Shown here: piece by piece, positions 51,160-61,115 of the stretch
Numbering within the stretch: position 1 is the stretch's first letter
How the letters are laid out: every line of letters begins with the position of its first letter
Virus record (IMG/VR): IMGVR_UViG_3300017917_004222
Span: 1 to 64,000 of that record
Reading direction: 5' to 3' (one strand)
DNA from: a virus
DNA length: 64,000 nt
Position numbers and translations under genes: made by a program
The notes under the pieces: model-generated
Seen by the model: only the letters and a program-made list of their open reading frames with translations
Databases searched by the model: none
What the model was told of the DNA's origin: nothing

Positions 51160-54100
51160 ATAACTCCACTGCCAGGGGCGGTACGTAGATTGGTACTTGT
51201 CAATGCTTCAATCACTTCGATATTTTCGATCAATGCAGCATTTGCAAAAATTTCATTTGGTTCACAGCGAATTTCATACAGATCACCAAAGCTCTTTTGT
51301 GTATCCAGGGGAACTAGAACCACGCTGCTCACAATGGTTCCCAGCTGCTGGTGCAGGTATGCAGCCAACTCGCTGAAATAGAAGGTGTCGCCGAAGTTCC
51401 ACTTGTCAATGCTGAAGTAGTCGTTCATGGCCGACAGAACCGAGTTCTTGATTTCGCTCGAACTGGCTGTGGATCCTTGTGCACGGATCACTTTGACAGT
51501 TGCTCGCAAGCTGGCATCGGCTTTGGCGCCAAACAACGGCTTGAACGTCACACTGTTGAGAACGATGTTGTCACTCAGCATCTTGTAGTCTTGTAGTCCC
51601 TGGTAAGCTGTATTTAACTCGTCCATGGTGGGCACTTCTGGCTTGGCCACAGTGTTTGTGGTATCTCGCAGCCAGTTCTGATATGCTGTGTAGTAGGACT
51701 GTGTTACCACATAGATGTCAATGATGTTTGTGGTGCCTGGATCAATACGATTGGTCAAGGGCGAGTTGTGACGATACTGGAAGTACAGTCCCTGGCGTCC
51801 GGTCTTGGCAATCCACCCGGTCAGCGCTGTGAGCTGGCGTGCTCCAGTTGGTGTCAAGTCCAAGCGATAAAACACTTGGTCAGTTGTGGTGTAGAAAATT
51901 TGTCCCGGAGTCCATTCGGCCTTGGCCAACTCCAGCTGTGCCAAGGTGGCATAGTCATAGTTGACTCGGCCAGGCTCGACCAGCACATATCGTTGCAGGT
52001 TATCAAAGTCCACAATCTGTTCAAATGACACCAGCTTGCTGTTGGCGTTGACATTGGGTGCAACAATTTCGTCAAAGAAGTCTGGATTGTCAGGCACCCC
52101 ATCACTGTCGTTGTCGCGATAGCTGACCAGGACCTGGAAGTCATCCACATAGCCGTCGCTTTCAACCGGCTGACCCACAATGGTCATGTAGATGTCGCTC
52201 TGCAGCGGACTGGTGCTGTCGGGTTGGCTGTTCATGGCCAACACGTTCACATAGTCGCGAATCACAGTACCACTGCGGCTGTCGTAAATGGGCGAGCCAT
52301 CGTAGTAGAAGAATCTGGTTTGAAGCACACTGCCAAATGAGTAGGCTAGACCACGAGTGGTCACGGTGTAAATGTCGTTCTGTGCCACAAACTGCACCAG
52401 CCATGATGCATCCAGCACACCAGGAGTAGTGGAACCTGCATTGGCCAGACTCCATGCGGCATCAACTGCTAGGTTTGCACCTGGGATCAAGTACCAGGTG
52501 CCTGCAGTGCCAGTGACCACACCGTCGTTGTCGTATCCAATACCAAAATTTCTGTACAACAACATCTGTTCAACCATTTGTGTCTGCAATGCAGATGGCA
52601 GTGTTGTCACAAAAGCTGGAATGATGCTGTCAACCACAGCGCCAGTGGGCACAAAGTTGTTGAGTGTAACTGGACCTTGGCCGCTGGCAAGATTGCCTTG
52701 GCCGTTGTTGCTGCCATCGCCCACGATGCTGACTGGGGACGCCCAGATTTCCAGCTTTTCTTCGGGACGAGTGGGCACTCCGGTGCGGAGTCGATTGTTG
52801 GCGTCAAAGTAGTATCCTGCTGGCGGAACAAACTTGATCAAGCTGCGCGGAGCCACATACTGGAAGCTGGTGCTGCTGTAGGTGGGACCCACGGCCACTG
52901 GTGCCTCGGCTTGGTTCCTAAAGAAGCCAGTGGTCTCGTTGGTGAGTGTGGTGCTCTGCGACCAGGTGCTGCCAATAGTGGTGCCAGTGTTGACTGTGAT
53001 TCTTGGATAGTTAGCGTAGTAGAACTGCTTGACCACCTCCTTGAGCAGTTCGGGCTGCACCTGGTTGGTGATAAAGTTACTGATCTCGTTGCGGTTTGTG
53101 TAACTGAACAACAAGGTGGGAGTCACGTCTTCTTGCCACAATCCGCCGTCGCTACCAAATGTGTTGGTAGAGCTGTATTTGCCGGTATTGTCTACCAAGT
53201 CAAGATAACGACTGGTTCCAATGCTGGCACGGTTCACAGCCTTGCTCTTGATGATGCTGTTGTACTGAGTGTATGGGAACAGGTTGTAGTCTTCGCCGTT
53301 GACCATGCGGTTCTGGGTGTAGTAACGAGCAGGTGCACGTTGCTTGATTTGGTCCAGACTTTCACGAGCTTGTGAGTTTGTGACCGGCTGAGTGATACCG
53401 CAAGTGAATGTGATGGTTTGCAGGTTGCCGTTGCGATCAATATAGCTGATGGGCAGCACCACATTCTGCATTTCTTCAGGGTTGATGATGTACTGCAGGC
53501 CGTTGCTGCTGCGAACATATGCGCGGAATGTGCCCACTGGAATTTCGCTGAACACGCCGTCGCCAAACACCATGGTGATTTGATCGTTGGCGCGACTTGT
53601 GGTGGTGTAAATGGGTCTCAACTGTGTGGCCAACTGTTCAGCACCTGCGGCATAGATGTTTTCAACATAGGTCCACTCGCGGCTGATGTTGCCCACGTTG
53701 TCCAGCTGGAACAACCAACGATCGCTGTTGTTGATACCTTCAATGTTGATGTTGACTGTGCGGTTGGCAATGCGCTCGGGCAAGTTGAAGTCTTGGTTCA
53801 GCAGGGTGCCTTGCTTGAACAAAAAGAAGAAGCCGTTGTTGGCGCTGCTGTAGCCCAGGCTATCGTTGCGATACAACACGTTGAACGCAGAGTTTGGCAC
53901 CGGGCTGGGTTCATACACATAGTCTTCGCCCACGCTGGTGGATGTCACAGCCTCAAACGGCATGTTCACCCCGTCAACAATAGACGAGTATGGAATCACT
54001 GGAATGAAACCAGGCACCAAATTGATGGCGTACTCTTCGGTCCGCACGCCCAGGATGTTTTGACTGTTGCCCGGACGGCCCACACGCTGGCTGTCTACTA

Positions 54101-54590
54101 GGGATGCATTCACAATCGCGGTCCACTGTTCCAACCAATCGGGGTTGGTGGGATCAGCCCAGTTCACAGTGATGTTGCTGAGATTCACACCGTTGTAGTC
54201 CACCACGTTTTCGGTTGTGGTCACACTGAATGCTTTGAGATAGCCCGAAGCGCAGGTGTTGCGCTTGGGAGTATAGCTCACAAGATTGGCCAGGCGCACT
54301 GCTGAGTCACGACGTTCGGCAGTGTCAAGATAGTTTTCACGAGTGTTGAGGTCAGTACGGAATGCAAGGCTCTGACCCATGAATGCAATGATGTCCAACA
54401 AGGCAATGAATTCACTGCTCTCGATGTAGTCGTTGAATGTTTCGGGGTAGTACAGTCGAAGATAATCAACAAAGCTCTTGCGCAGAGTTTCAAAGTCATA
54501 GCTTTGGAAGTCTGCTTCGCGGTAGGTTTGATAGATCTGTTTCCAGTCTTCAACCCCAAAAATTGCTGTTTGTCGTGTGGTTTTTGCCAT
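51156..54590 (-). CDS. baseplate wedge subunit (T4 gp6-like)
   Basis: DFETLR..ENYLDTAERRDS..FGDGVF..ESLDQIK..AP..QNRMV..EDY. Confidence 0.88.
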   Translation of the reverse strand: MAKTTRQTAIFGVEDWKQIYQTYREADFQSYDFETLRKSFVDYLRLYYPETFNDYIESSEFIALLDIIAFMGQSLAFRTDLNTRENYLDTAERRDSAVRLANLVSYTPKRNTCASGYLKAFSVTTTENVVDYNGVNLSNITVNWADPTNPDWLEQWTAIVNASLVDSQRVGRPGNSQNILGVRTEEYAINLVPGFIPVIPYSSIVDGVNMPFEAVTSTSVGEDYVYEPSPVPNSAFNVLYRNDSLGYSSANNGFFFLFKQGTLLNQDFNLPERIANRTVNINIEGINNSDRWLFQLDNVGNISREWTYVENIYAAGAEQLATQLRPIYTTTSRANDQITMVFGDGVFSEIPVGTFRAYVRSSNGLQYIINPEEMQNVVLPISYIDRNGNLQTITFTCGITQPVTNSQARESLDQIKQRAPARYYTQNRMVNGEDYNLFPYTQYNSIIKSKAVNRASIGTSRYLDLVDNTGKYSSTNTFGSDGGLWQEDVTPTLLFSYTNRNEISNFITNQVQPELLKEVVKQFYYANYPRITVNTGTTIGSTWSQSTTLTNETTGFFRNQAEAPVAVGPTYSSTSFQYVAPRSLIKFVPPAGYYFDANNRLRTGVPTRPEEKLEIWASPVSIVGDGSNNGQGNLASGQGPVTLNNFVPTGAVVDSIIPAFVTTLPSALQTQMVEQMLLYRNFGIGYDNDGVVTGTAGTWYLIPGANLAVDAAWSLANAGSTTPGVLDASWLVQFVAQNDIYTVTTRGLAYSFGSVLQTRFFYYDGSPIYDSRSGTVIRDYVNVLAMNSQPDSTSPLQSDIYMTIVGQPVESDGYVDDFQVLVSYRDNDSDGVPDNPDFFDEIVAPNVNANSKLVSFEQIVDFDNLQRYVLVEPGRVNYDYATLAQLELAKAEWTPGQIFYTTTDQVFYRLDLTPTGARQLTALTGWIAKTGRQGLYFQYRHNSPLTNRIDPGTTNIIDIYVVTQSYYTAYQNWLRDTTNTVAKPEVPTMDELNTAYQGLQDYKMLSDNIVLNSVTFKPLFGAKADASLRATVKVIRAQGSTASSSEIKNSVLSAMNDYFSIDKWNFGDTFYFSELAAYLHQQLGTIVSSVVLVPLDTQKSFGDLYEIRCEPNEIFANAALIENIEVIEALTSTNLRTAPGSGVI

Positions 54591-54646
54591 GCTCGGTCAA
54601 CCTTGAGTTTTAGTCATGTATTTATTGACTCTAAAAACTGTGGGTT

Positions 54647-55021
54647 TTATACGTAGCTGGCGTTGCGAGTTTGTTGATCGAAAAATATGCTGAGTATCTC
54701 AGCGTTGGTTGTGCTGACCTGTTGCAACAACAGTTCAATCAGCACACCGTTGTCTTGTGGGAAGATGTTGATTTGACTCACAAAAAGTCTAGGGTCGCCG
54801 CCGGCCAAGCGCTGCACTTCACTCACAATGCCTTGACTGGTGGCTTCCACTTGGTTTTCAAACAAGAAGTCCCAGATCACAGTTCCGTAACCTGGGCGGC
54901 CCGGCAACTCGCCCTGCCGTATGTTAAAGGCATTGAGAAAGTCGCGTTTGATCAATTCAAAGTCAGTTAGGGTAAACTTTTTGAATTGGCCTTGTGTGTT
55001 GAAACCAATGTATGTAGGCAT
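54647..55021 (-). CDS. baseplate wedge subunit (gp25-like)
   Basis: GELPGRPGYGTVIWDFLFE..DPR. Confidence 0.88.
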   Translation of the reverse strand: MPTYIGFNTQGQFKKFTLTDFELIKRDFLNAFNIRQGELPGRPGYGTVIWDFLFENQVEATSQGIVSEVQRLAGGDPRLFVSQINIFPQDNGVLIELLLQQVSTTNAEILSIFFDQQTRNASYV

Positions 55022-55029
55022 ACTGATAT

Positions 55030-56547
55030 TTACCTGGCTTGATTGATGTAGACATCACCGGAGTTTCTCAGCACAATCTGCTGAACTTCTGCAAACAGTC
55101 TAGCAATGACTTCTTGTAATCTTGCAATCTCAGCTTCGGTTGAACTCTGGGCCTGTGTGAGCGTGCCAATCAAGCTGGTGCTTTGATCCCGCTGCAATGT
55201 TCCTTGTGCAATGGCTGCCAGTGTTTGCAACCTTGGACCAGACTGATACACAATTTGTAAATATTCCTCTTGCAGTGCGAACAACTGCTCGGGCGTGATG
55301 TTTCCGGTATCACGATACACCTGTAGTCGGTCTTGAATACTGGTGAGTGTGGCCACTGTGCTGGCGCCAAATCTAGACACAACATCAACAGCCAACACCG
55401 AACTGTTGACTTCTTTTGGCAGCGGATTCGGAATCTTGGCACTGGAAAGAATTCGTGCGGCAGCGGCGTTGACTGTGGCTCTGGAAATGGTGTTCACTGC
55501 CGGTACTGGTACTCGTGTGCCACGCTCGCCCCCACCGCCGCCAAACAGCGAGCCCACTAGATTTACTGCGAACCCAGCCATGCTGCCCAGCTTGCTAAGG
55601 GCACCAGACACACCCTGCACCAGGGGCGAATTCTTGACCCAGGCAGCGGCTTGTGCCACACCCTTGGATGCCACGCTGGCCAGGGCACCGATTGAGCTGG
55701 ATGCCATGTTGGCAATGCTGACACCCAGTTGCTTGATCTGCTGCACCCCTTCGGTCATGAGTTTTTGTTGAACAAACGACTGCAGGTTGCCATTGGACAA
55801 CATGCCTTCGATGTTCTTGATGCCATCTTTGCCGGTCCATACCGACGAACTGGACAGCACATCTGACAGTGGGTTTTTGCCGCCGGCCAAGAACTTGTCA
55901 AATGTGCCAGGCTTGAGATAACCAGCTGCTTCTAACTGGGTTGCATTCAGCGCATATTTGCCGATACCATTTTCGGTGACACTGTTAACAGCCTGTCCAA
56001 ACTCTTTTTGTACCCCTGCCATGGCTGCCGACAGTTGCTGTGTGGACAAATTTGGGATCTGTGATGTCAACCCCGAAACAGACTTGGCGTATTCGCCCAC
56101 AGTCAACGGATCCGGAAGTGCAGTGGTGTTGATTTTGATTCCAACAGATGCTGCTGATTTTGCTCCAGCATCTGCAAATGCAGCTAGGTTGGGCACAGAA
56201 TCCACAACTCTTGTGCTGACTTGACTGAGCAGTGTGGCTGGTTGCAGCGATGTCAACGTGGTTGAGATTCCCGACACTTGTTGCAACAACGGTGCTGCTG
56301 CAGAAATCAATCCGTCAGCCACTTGTGTTGCTGCACTGAGCACATTGCCTGACTTGAATCCCACAAGGCTGCCCGACTTGATCTGTTGTTCAAAAATTGC
56401 CTTGGCTTGGTCCAAGGTCATGCCAGCTGGGCCTTTGATTTCAAAAACACGTGACGAACCTGGTGTGGCCACTAGAGTCGCTGCCAACTGGGCCGACGAC
56501 GAATTCAGTGAACCCGGCTCTGGAAGTTGGAATGTAAATGATGCCAT
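55030..56547 (-). CDS. tail-associated structural protein
   Basis: between spike and gp25; IGKYAL...LEAAGYLK. Confidence 0.65.
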   Translation of the reverse strand: MASFTFQLPEPGSLNSSSAQLAATLVATPGSSRVFEIKGPAGMTLDQAKAIFEQQIKSGSLVGFKSGNVLSAATQVADGLISAAAPLLQQVSGISTTLTSLQPATLLSQVSTRVVDSVPNLAAFADAGAKSAASVGIKINTTALPDPLTVGEYAKSVSGLTSQIPNLSTQQLSAAMAGVQKEFGQAVNSVTENGIGKYALNATQLEAAGYLKPGTFDKFLAGGKNPLSDVLSSSSVWTGKDGIKNIEGMLSNGNLQSFVQQKLMTEGVQQIKQLGVSIANMASSSIGALASVASKGVAQAAAWVKNSPLVQGVSGALSKLGSMAGFAVNLVGSLFGGGGGERGTRVPVPAVNTISRATVNAAAARILSSAKIPNPLPKEVNSSVLAVDVVSRFGASTVATLTSIQDRLQVYRDTGNITPEQLFALQEEYLQIVYQSGPRLQTLAAIAQGTLQRDQSTSLIGTLTQAQSSTEAEIARLQEVIARLFAEVQQIVLRNSGDVYINQAR

Positions 56548-56551
56548 GATT

Positions 56552-58054
56552 TTACCTCGCTATGATTTCTACGCCGCCCGGCAGTGGTGTGGCACCTGGT
56601 GGCGGTGTTGGTGTTCCTTGTTCAAACTCCACGCTGACTTCAACACCTTTGTTGTGCCAGGGGTATGGTTCATGAGTGGGGGCTCGACTGACAATGCTCT
56701 GCAGCGATCCTGGTGCTTGTTGCCAACCCGAGCTGGTGTCAAACTTGGTGTCATCCAGCATGGTGGTTTCGGTTCCCTTGGGAGCAGTCACTGATGGGGC
56801 AGGGGCTGAATTGAGATCAATACCAGTGGCACTGAAAATCAAGCTACCGCCGCCGCTCCAGCTGCCAGCAGATGAACTTTGAAGAGCCAGTGTACCATCA
56901 GATTTTACACCAATGCCACTGCGGCTGTAGATGTTCAGCTTGTCTTGTGAAATCAAGTTGAGCTTTTTGGTGGCATCCAGTGTGATGTCGGCGTCGGCTC
57001 GCACATTGAAATTGCGCTTGGCATACATGTTGATGTCCTGGTCAGCATGCATGTTCAAGTCACCCTGTGTTCTAAGATTGATAGAGTTGGCTGCATACAC
57101 GTCCACAGTGCCCTCTGAACCCAGTTCAATCCAAGTCTGTCCGTTGGCATGAACAAAATACATGAAGTTGCCGCTGTCGCTCATGAGAATCTGATGCCCA
57201 GCCGATGTTCTGAATCGCATGAGCTTTTCATTGCCGTTGATGTCGCCATCGTCCATGACCAGGGTATGTCCACCCATGCGCCCAATCACTCGCATGTCGT
57301 TGGGAGTCAGCTGGCCAGCATCGGCACGAGATTTGAGGTTTTCCGGTGACATGCCACCTTGATAAATGGGGGTGCCTGGCGTACTGATACCGTAGCACTG
57401 ACTGGGACTTTCGCGCTGGCTGCTGGACATGATGGGGCCGCGCTCAAAATCGTTGATCAAGCCTTGTTGGAACATCACCGCAGCCACAGCACTTTGCACC
57501 GGACGAGGCTTGTCACTAAATCTACCCGAGCCCTCGTATGCTTGGTTGTTGATGTTGATTTCAGTCACAGGCAATCGGGCCGCTTGCGAAAAATACGCGG
57601 CCTGATTTGCATTCTCGGGCACAAAGTTGCTGCTGGCGCCAATTGCTGGCACCATGTAGCCCACGCTCTGCTCGGGTACTACGCCAATGTAAAACCCTTG
57701 GCTGCGGTCGCCGTTGGCAAAAATACACAACACAGTCAGCCCAACATCAGGGGGCGTAAACCACATGCCATAACTGTTGGGGTTGCCTGGGTAAGCACCG
57801 TCCCCGCTGTTGCCCGAGCTTGGCGGAGTGTAGCCAAAGAAGCTGGGCAAATAGCTGACTGTGGTCCACTTGCTGCTGTCGTCGGGATCGCCGTCGGCAA
57901 AGGTGGCAATGTACACTTGCAAGCGGCCGCTGCGGGTTGGGTCAATGTTGTTTTTGACTATGCCATAAAACGGACCAAATTCCGTGGGCACATCACCACG
58001 GTCCATTTTGTAGTTGACCGGGCGTCCACGACTGCGCTGATTATCTTGTGCCAT
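56552..58054 (-). CDS. baseplate spike, gp5/VgrG-like
   Basis: DPTRSGRLQV OB-fold, GHTLVMDD, RTSAGHQ, beta-helix, PTHEPY. Confidence 0.88.
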   Translation of the reverse strand: MAQDNQRSRGRPVNYKMDRGDVPTEFGPFYGIVKNNIDPTRSGRLQVYIATFADGDPDDSSKWTTVSYLPSFFGYTPPSSGNSGDGAYPGNPNSYGMWFTPPDVGLTVLCIFANGDRSQGFYIGVVPEQSVGYMVPAIGASSNFVPENANQAAYFSQAARLPVTEININNQAYEGSGRFSDKPRPVQSAVAAVMFQQGLINDFERGPIMSSSQRESPSQCYGISTPGTPIYQGGMSPENLKSRADAGQLTPNDMRVIGRMGGHTLVMDDGDINGNEKLMRFRTSAGHQILMSDSGNFMYFVHANGQTWIELGSEGTVDVYAANSINLRTQGDLNMHADQDINMYAKRNFNVRADADITLDATKKLNLISQDKLNIYSRSGIGVKSDGTLALQSSSAGSWSGGGSLIFSATGIDLNSAPAPSVTAPKGTETTMLDDTKFDTSSGWQQAPGSLQSIVSRAPTHEPYPWHNKGVEVSVEFEQGTPTPPPGATPLPGGVEIIAR

Positions 58055-58057
58055 GTG

Positions 58058-60811
58058 TTATGTCTCTTTGTTGATTTTTTGTGCTAGATTCGTCGCTGTG
58101 AGGCTGTTGGTTTCCAGCAATGCATTATTTGTCAGTCTTTTCACCACTGGTAGATCAAATGTGGCCACTACTTCTTCTGCTCCGCCTATGCCCGATGTTG
58201 GCGGTTGTGGTGGCGACGAGAAGTCCAGCGTGGGCGCAGGTTGTTGATTTGGCACGTTGGTTCCTTGCACTGTTCTAGCAGATGCAACCAGTGGTGCCGG
58301 CATCATGGGCAAGTTTGCCCTACCAAATTGCCCAGCTGATACCGATCCTGTGACCCCGCCAGTTGAAATTACAGAGGTGCCTGCAGCTCGTAGTCCCAGC
58401 CCTGTTGACTGAGGCAACGACAGTCGAGCCTGCCCCGAGTCTGCTCGTGCCACTGCTTGGGGCGAGCTTAGACCAAAGTTGGCCGATGCTTGCGGGTTGT
58501 TTCTTGATGAATCAGAGTTCTCTAGCAATGACGGTGTTTGAATCGAGTATGCTTTGTTTGTGGGATTGGGTTTGAGATACAAGTACAGACCACCCTCAAT
58601 TGTTTGTTCAAACTTGCCCTGCTTGAAATCATTTGTTACTTTGTAACATTGGTACACACGGGTTGCTACCGAGGATGTTTTTCCACGGGGATCAATAACT
58701 CCAGAATCCGCATTGTAATCAAACGGACGATTCCAGTTGATTTCAAACATCACCTGAGCGCTCTCATAATTGATGCTACCGTCAGGATTGAACGGTCCGC
58801 TGGGCTGAACCTGTCGGCCATATGCCAGACTACCTTGTTGAATCCATGCAGGATCGCCAAGAATTTTCATTTTGCATACAGCCAAGTCGCCTGGACTGTA
58901 CAAGCTGTCGGCCAGGCTGGCAGCCACTTCGTTGCCACGACCATCGCTACCTTGCCTAGATTCAGCGCTGGCGGGACTGTACTGATAGAATGGCTGATCG
59001 CGCTGAGCTTGTATTAGACTGCGGCGGGTCAGCTCGGCCAAGCTGTTGTTTGGATTGCTGCCACTGACAGTGATGTTGAACAATGTATTAAGCTGTTCTT
59101 GATAGTCCAAGACTTCAGTGTTTTCGCCAGTGAACCAATATTGATAGCTCTTGTGAACTCCTGGGAACTTGGGAGGCGCAAAATATTTACTTTCGTAGTT
59201 GGTCAGTTGATATTTGCTGATAACAAACGTCACCCGCTGAGCATAATCATTTCGCAGATCGTCGTAAGGTTCTATCTGTTCGCTGTAGGAAGTAATGTGA
59301 AACCAGCTTACTGGCTTTGTCTGCCCGTCTTTGGCTACTTCATCACCTGTTGTGGCATCAATTTGTGTTGTGGCTTGGTTGTAAACGTAGCTGCTGTTTC
59401 GAATGGCCAGTTCAATAGCTTGCACAATCTGCATGCCTGCTGTGATTGCATAATTTTTGCTGGTAGTGTCCTTGGACAAACGGTCCTGATTCACATTGCT
59501 GGGACTTTGGCTGGTTGGCGCAGCCATTGGTGTTTGTGCATCTTCTTTTTTGTTGCCCACCAATACCACTGTGGCGTCGCGAATTTCCTCAGCCCCTTCG
59601 GCAAACTCAATCCGATATTCGTCGGCAATGCGAGCCCTGGCGTTTGGCCCTACCAAGAGAGTGCGCTGAAACTCGTTCAGGGCGGCCATGAGACCTTGTT
59701 TGATATATCGTTTGGCACTAGGCGCCGAGTTGGCTTTTGAAGGATTGCCAGCTCTATCAAGTCCTCTCAACACACGTGGGTCTGACTCTGCTGTCTGTCG
59801 ACCTCGCTGGTCGACTGTGACCGAATCCGCATACACAGTGCCACCGCCCAGCAATTGTCCCACAGTGATTTCGCTCAACTGAATGTCGTACGGAATAGTT
59901 CCGCGCTTGGTTCCAAACCCAATGCCTTGCCCATACGGAAGGCACTCAAAATCATAGGTTACTGTTTTGTTTGATATGCCCCAGTTGATTTTTGCAATAC
60001 GGAAAGGAATGTACTTTTCCACAATTGCACTGGGGTCGGTGCGAGCACCTGCGCCGGGTTCAGAGATGCCAGTCACTAGGTTGCCGTTGGCGTCGTAGCC
60101 GTAAAATTTTAGCACCATGAGATATGCCGAGGCACCGTAATTTATAGTGCCACCAGCGCCCCGGGGCGCCTGATCTTGCACAGCTTGATATATGCGGTCG
60201 ATTAGACTGATACCATTGGGTTCTACTACCGTAAACTTCAAAGTAGCTGCCGAGTGTGCAGATCTAGTAGCCTTGCCAGCAGTGAGCGTCACTAGTTCAA
60301 TATCGTCAATGTAAAAATCAAGATCAAATGCCGGGTTTCTACCAGCATTGGCTTGATTTGCCTCGGTGGTGTCAGCTGCAATACTTTTGCTAGCCAGGGC
60401 CTTTTGGAATCCACCAACGTTGTCTGGTGCACCACCGCTTTGAAACAAAAGATTGTACGAATTCACAACCTTGCGATCGCCGCCCATGAAAGCGTTGTAT
60501 TGCCCCGGAGTCAACAAATAAACACTGGCTCGGTAGGTGTAACTGGCATAGTTAGACAACACATTGGGGCGAGGATCAACCCGGTCAATTGTTTGATTTC
60601 CTGCGGCGTTGACATTTAATTGACTGCCAACAAGGGTCGGTCCGGCGCTGTCATCGGCCTTGCGATTGTCTCCTGGTGCAGCCGCAGATGCAGCGCCAGG
60701 CACAGGTGAACTCACTGTGCTGATGCTGTTGCCGTTGGGACGGAAACTGGAACTTTTTACGCCCGGATCCGTCGCAGGATTGACCGGCTGCGGAGCATTG
60801 ATTTCACTCAT
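58058..60811 (-). CDS. baseplate hub-like protein
   Basis: FTVVEPNG, ILGDPAW, FKQGKFEQ; synteny. Confidence 0.7.
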   Translation of the reverse strand: MSEINAPQPVNPATDPGVKSSSFRPNGNSISTVSSPVPGAASAAAPGDNRKADDSAGPTLVGSQLNVNAAGNQTIDRVDPRPNVLSNYASYTYRASVYLLTPGQYNAFMGGDRKVVNSYNLLFQSGGAPDNVGGFQKALASKSIAADTTEANQANAGRNPAFDLDFYIDDIELVTLTAGKATRSAHSAATLKFTVVEPNGISLIDRIYQAVQDQAPRGAGGTINYGASAYLMVLKFYGYDANGNLVTGISEPGAGARTDPSAIVEKYIPFRIAKINWGISNKTVTYDFECLPYGQGIGFGTKRGTIPYDIQLSEITVGQLLGGGTVYADSVTVDQRGRQTAESDPRVLRGLDRAGNPSKANSAPSAKRYIKQGLMAALNEFQRTLLVGPNARARIADEYRIEFAEGAEEIRDATVVLVGNKKEDAQTPMAAPTSQSPSNVNQDRLSKDTTSKNYAITAGMQIVQAIELAIRNSSYVYNQATTQIDATTGDEVAKDGQTKPVSWFHITSYSEQIEPYDDLRNDYAQRVTFVISKYQLTNYESKYFAPPKFPGVHKSYQYWFTGENTEVLDYQEQLNTLFNITVSGSNPNNSLAELTRRSLIQAQRDQPFYQYSPASAESRQGSDGRGNEVAASLADSLYSPGDLAVCKMKILGDPAWIQQGSLAYGRQVQPSGPFNPDGSINYESAQVMFEINWNRPFDYNADSGVIDPRGKTSSVATRVYQCYKVTNDFKQGKFEQTIEGGLYLYLKPNPTNKAYSIQTPSLLENSDSSRNNPQASANFGLSSPQAVARADSGQARLSLPQSTGLGLRAAGTSVISTGGVTGSVSAGQFGRANLPMMPAPLVASARTVQGTNVPNQQPAPTLDFSSPPQPPTSGIGGAEEVVATFDLPVVKRLTNNALLETNSLTATNLAQKINKET

Positions 60812-60812
60812 G

Positions 60813-61115
60813 TCAATATCCTAGTGTCGATTTAAGGGTTGTGCCCTTGGGTAGATAGATGGTAACCCCTGCGGCAAAATCCAAAGGAGGTGCAGTGAGT
60901 GCGTTGGGGTTGCGTTGATAGAACACCCACCACAGGTTGCTGTTTTGATACAAGTCATGTGCCAGCAGGTCAGGCCTGTACTGATATGTTTGTGTGATGG
61001 TCCACAGCTGGTCATCGTTTTCTTTGGGTATGGGTCGATTCACCATGACATCAAGAAAGAACTGACTGTAGCCAGTGAGATAATACGGACTTGTGGCATC
61101 GTAATTTGCAGCCAT
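60813..61115 (-). CDS. baseplate wedge gp53/LysM-like protein
   Basis: YRPDLLAHDLY..LWWVF..RN. Confidence 0.82.
   Translation of the reverse strand: MAANYDATSPYYLTGYSQFFLDVMVNRPIPKENDDQLWTITQTYQYRPDLLAHDLYQNSNLWWVFYQRNPNALTAPPLDFAAGVTIYLPKGTTLKSTLGY

Noticed and set aside
36673-60619. Long + strand ORFs within the structural region (e.g. 40189-41865)
   Set aside because: Antisense to continuous virion genes, with no motifs or SD.
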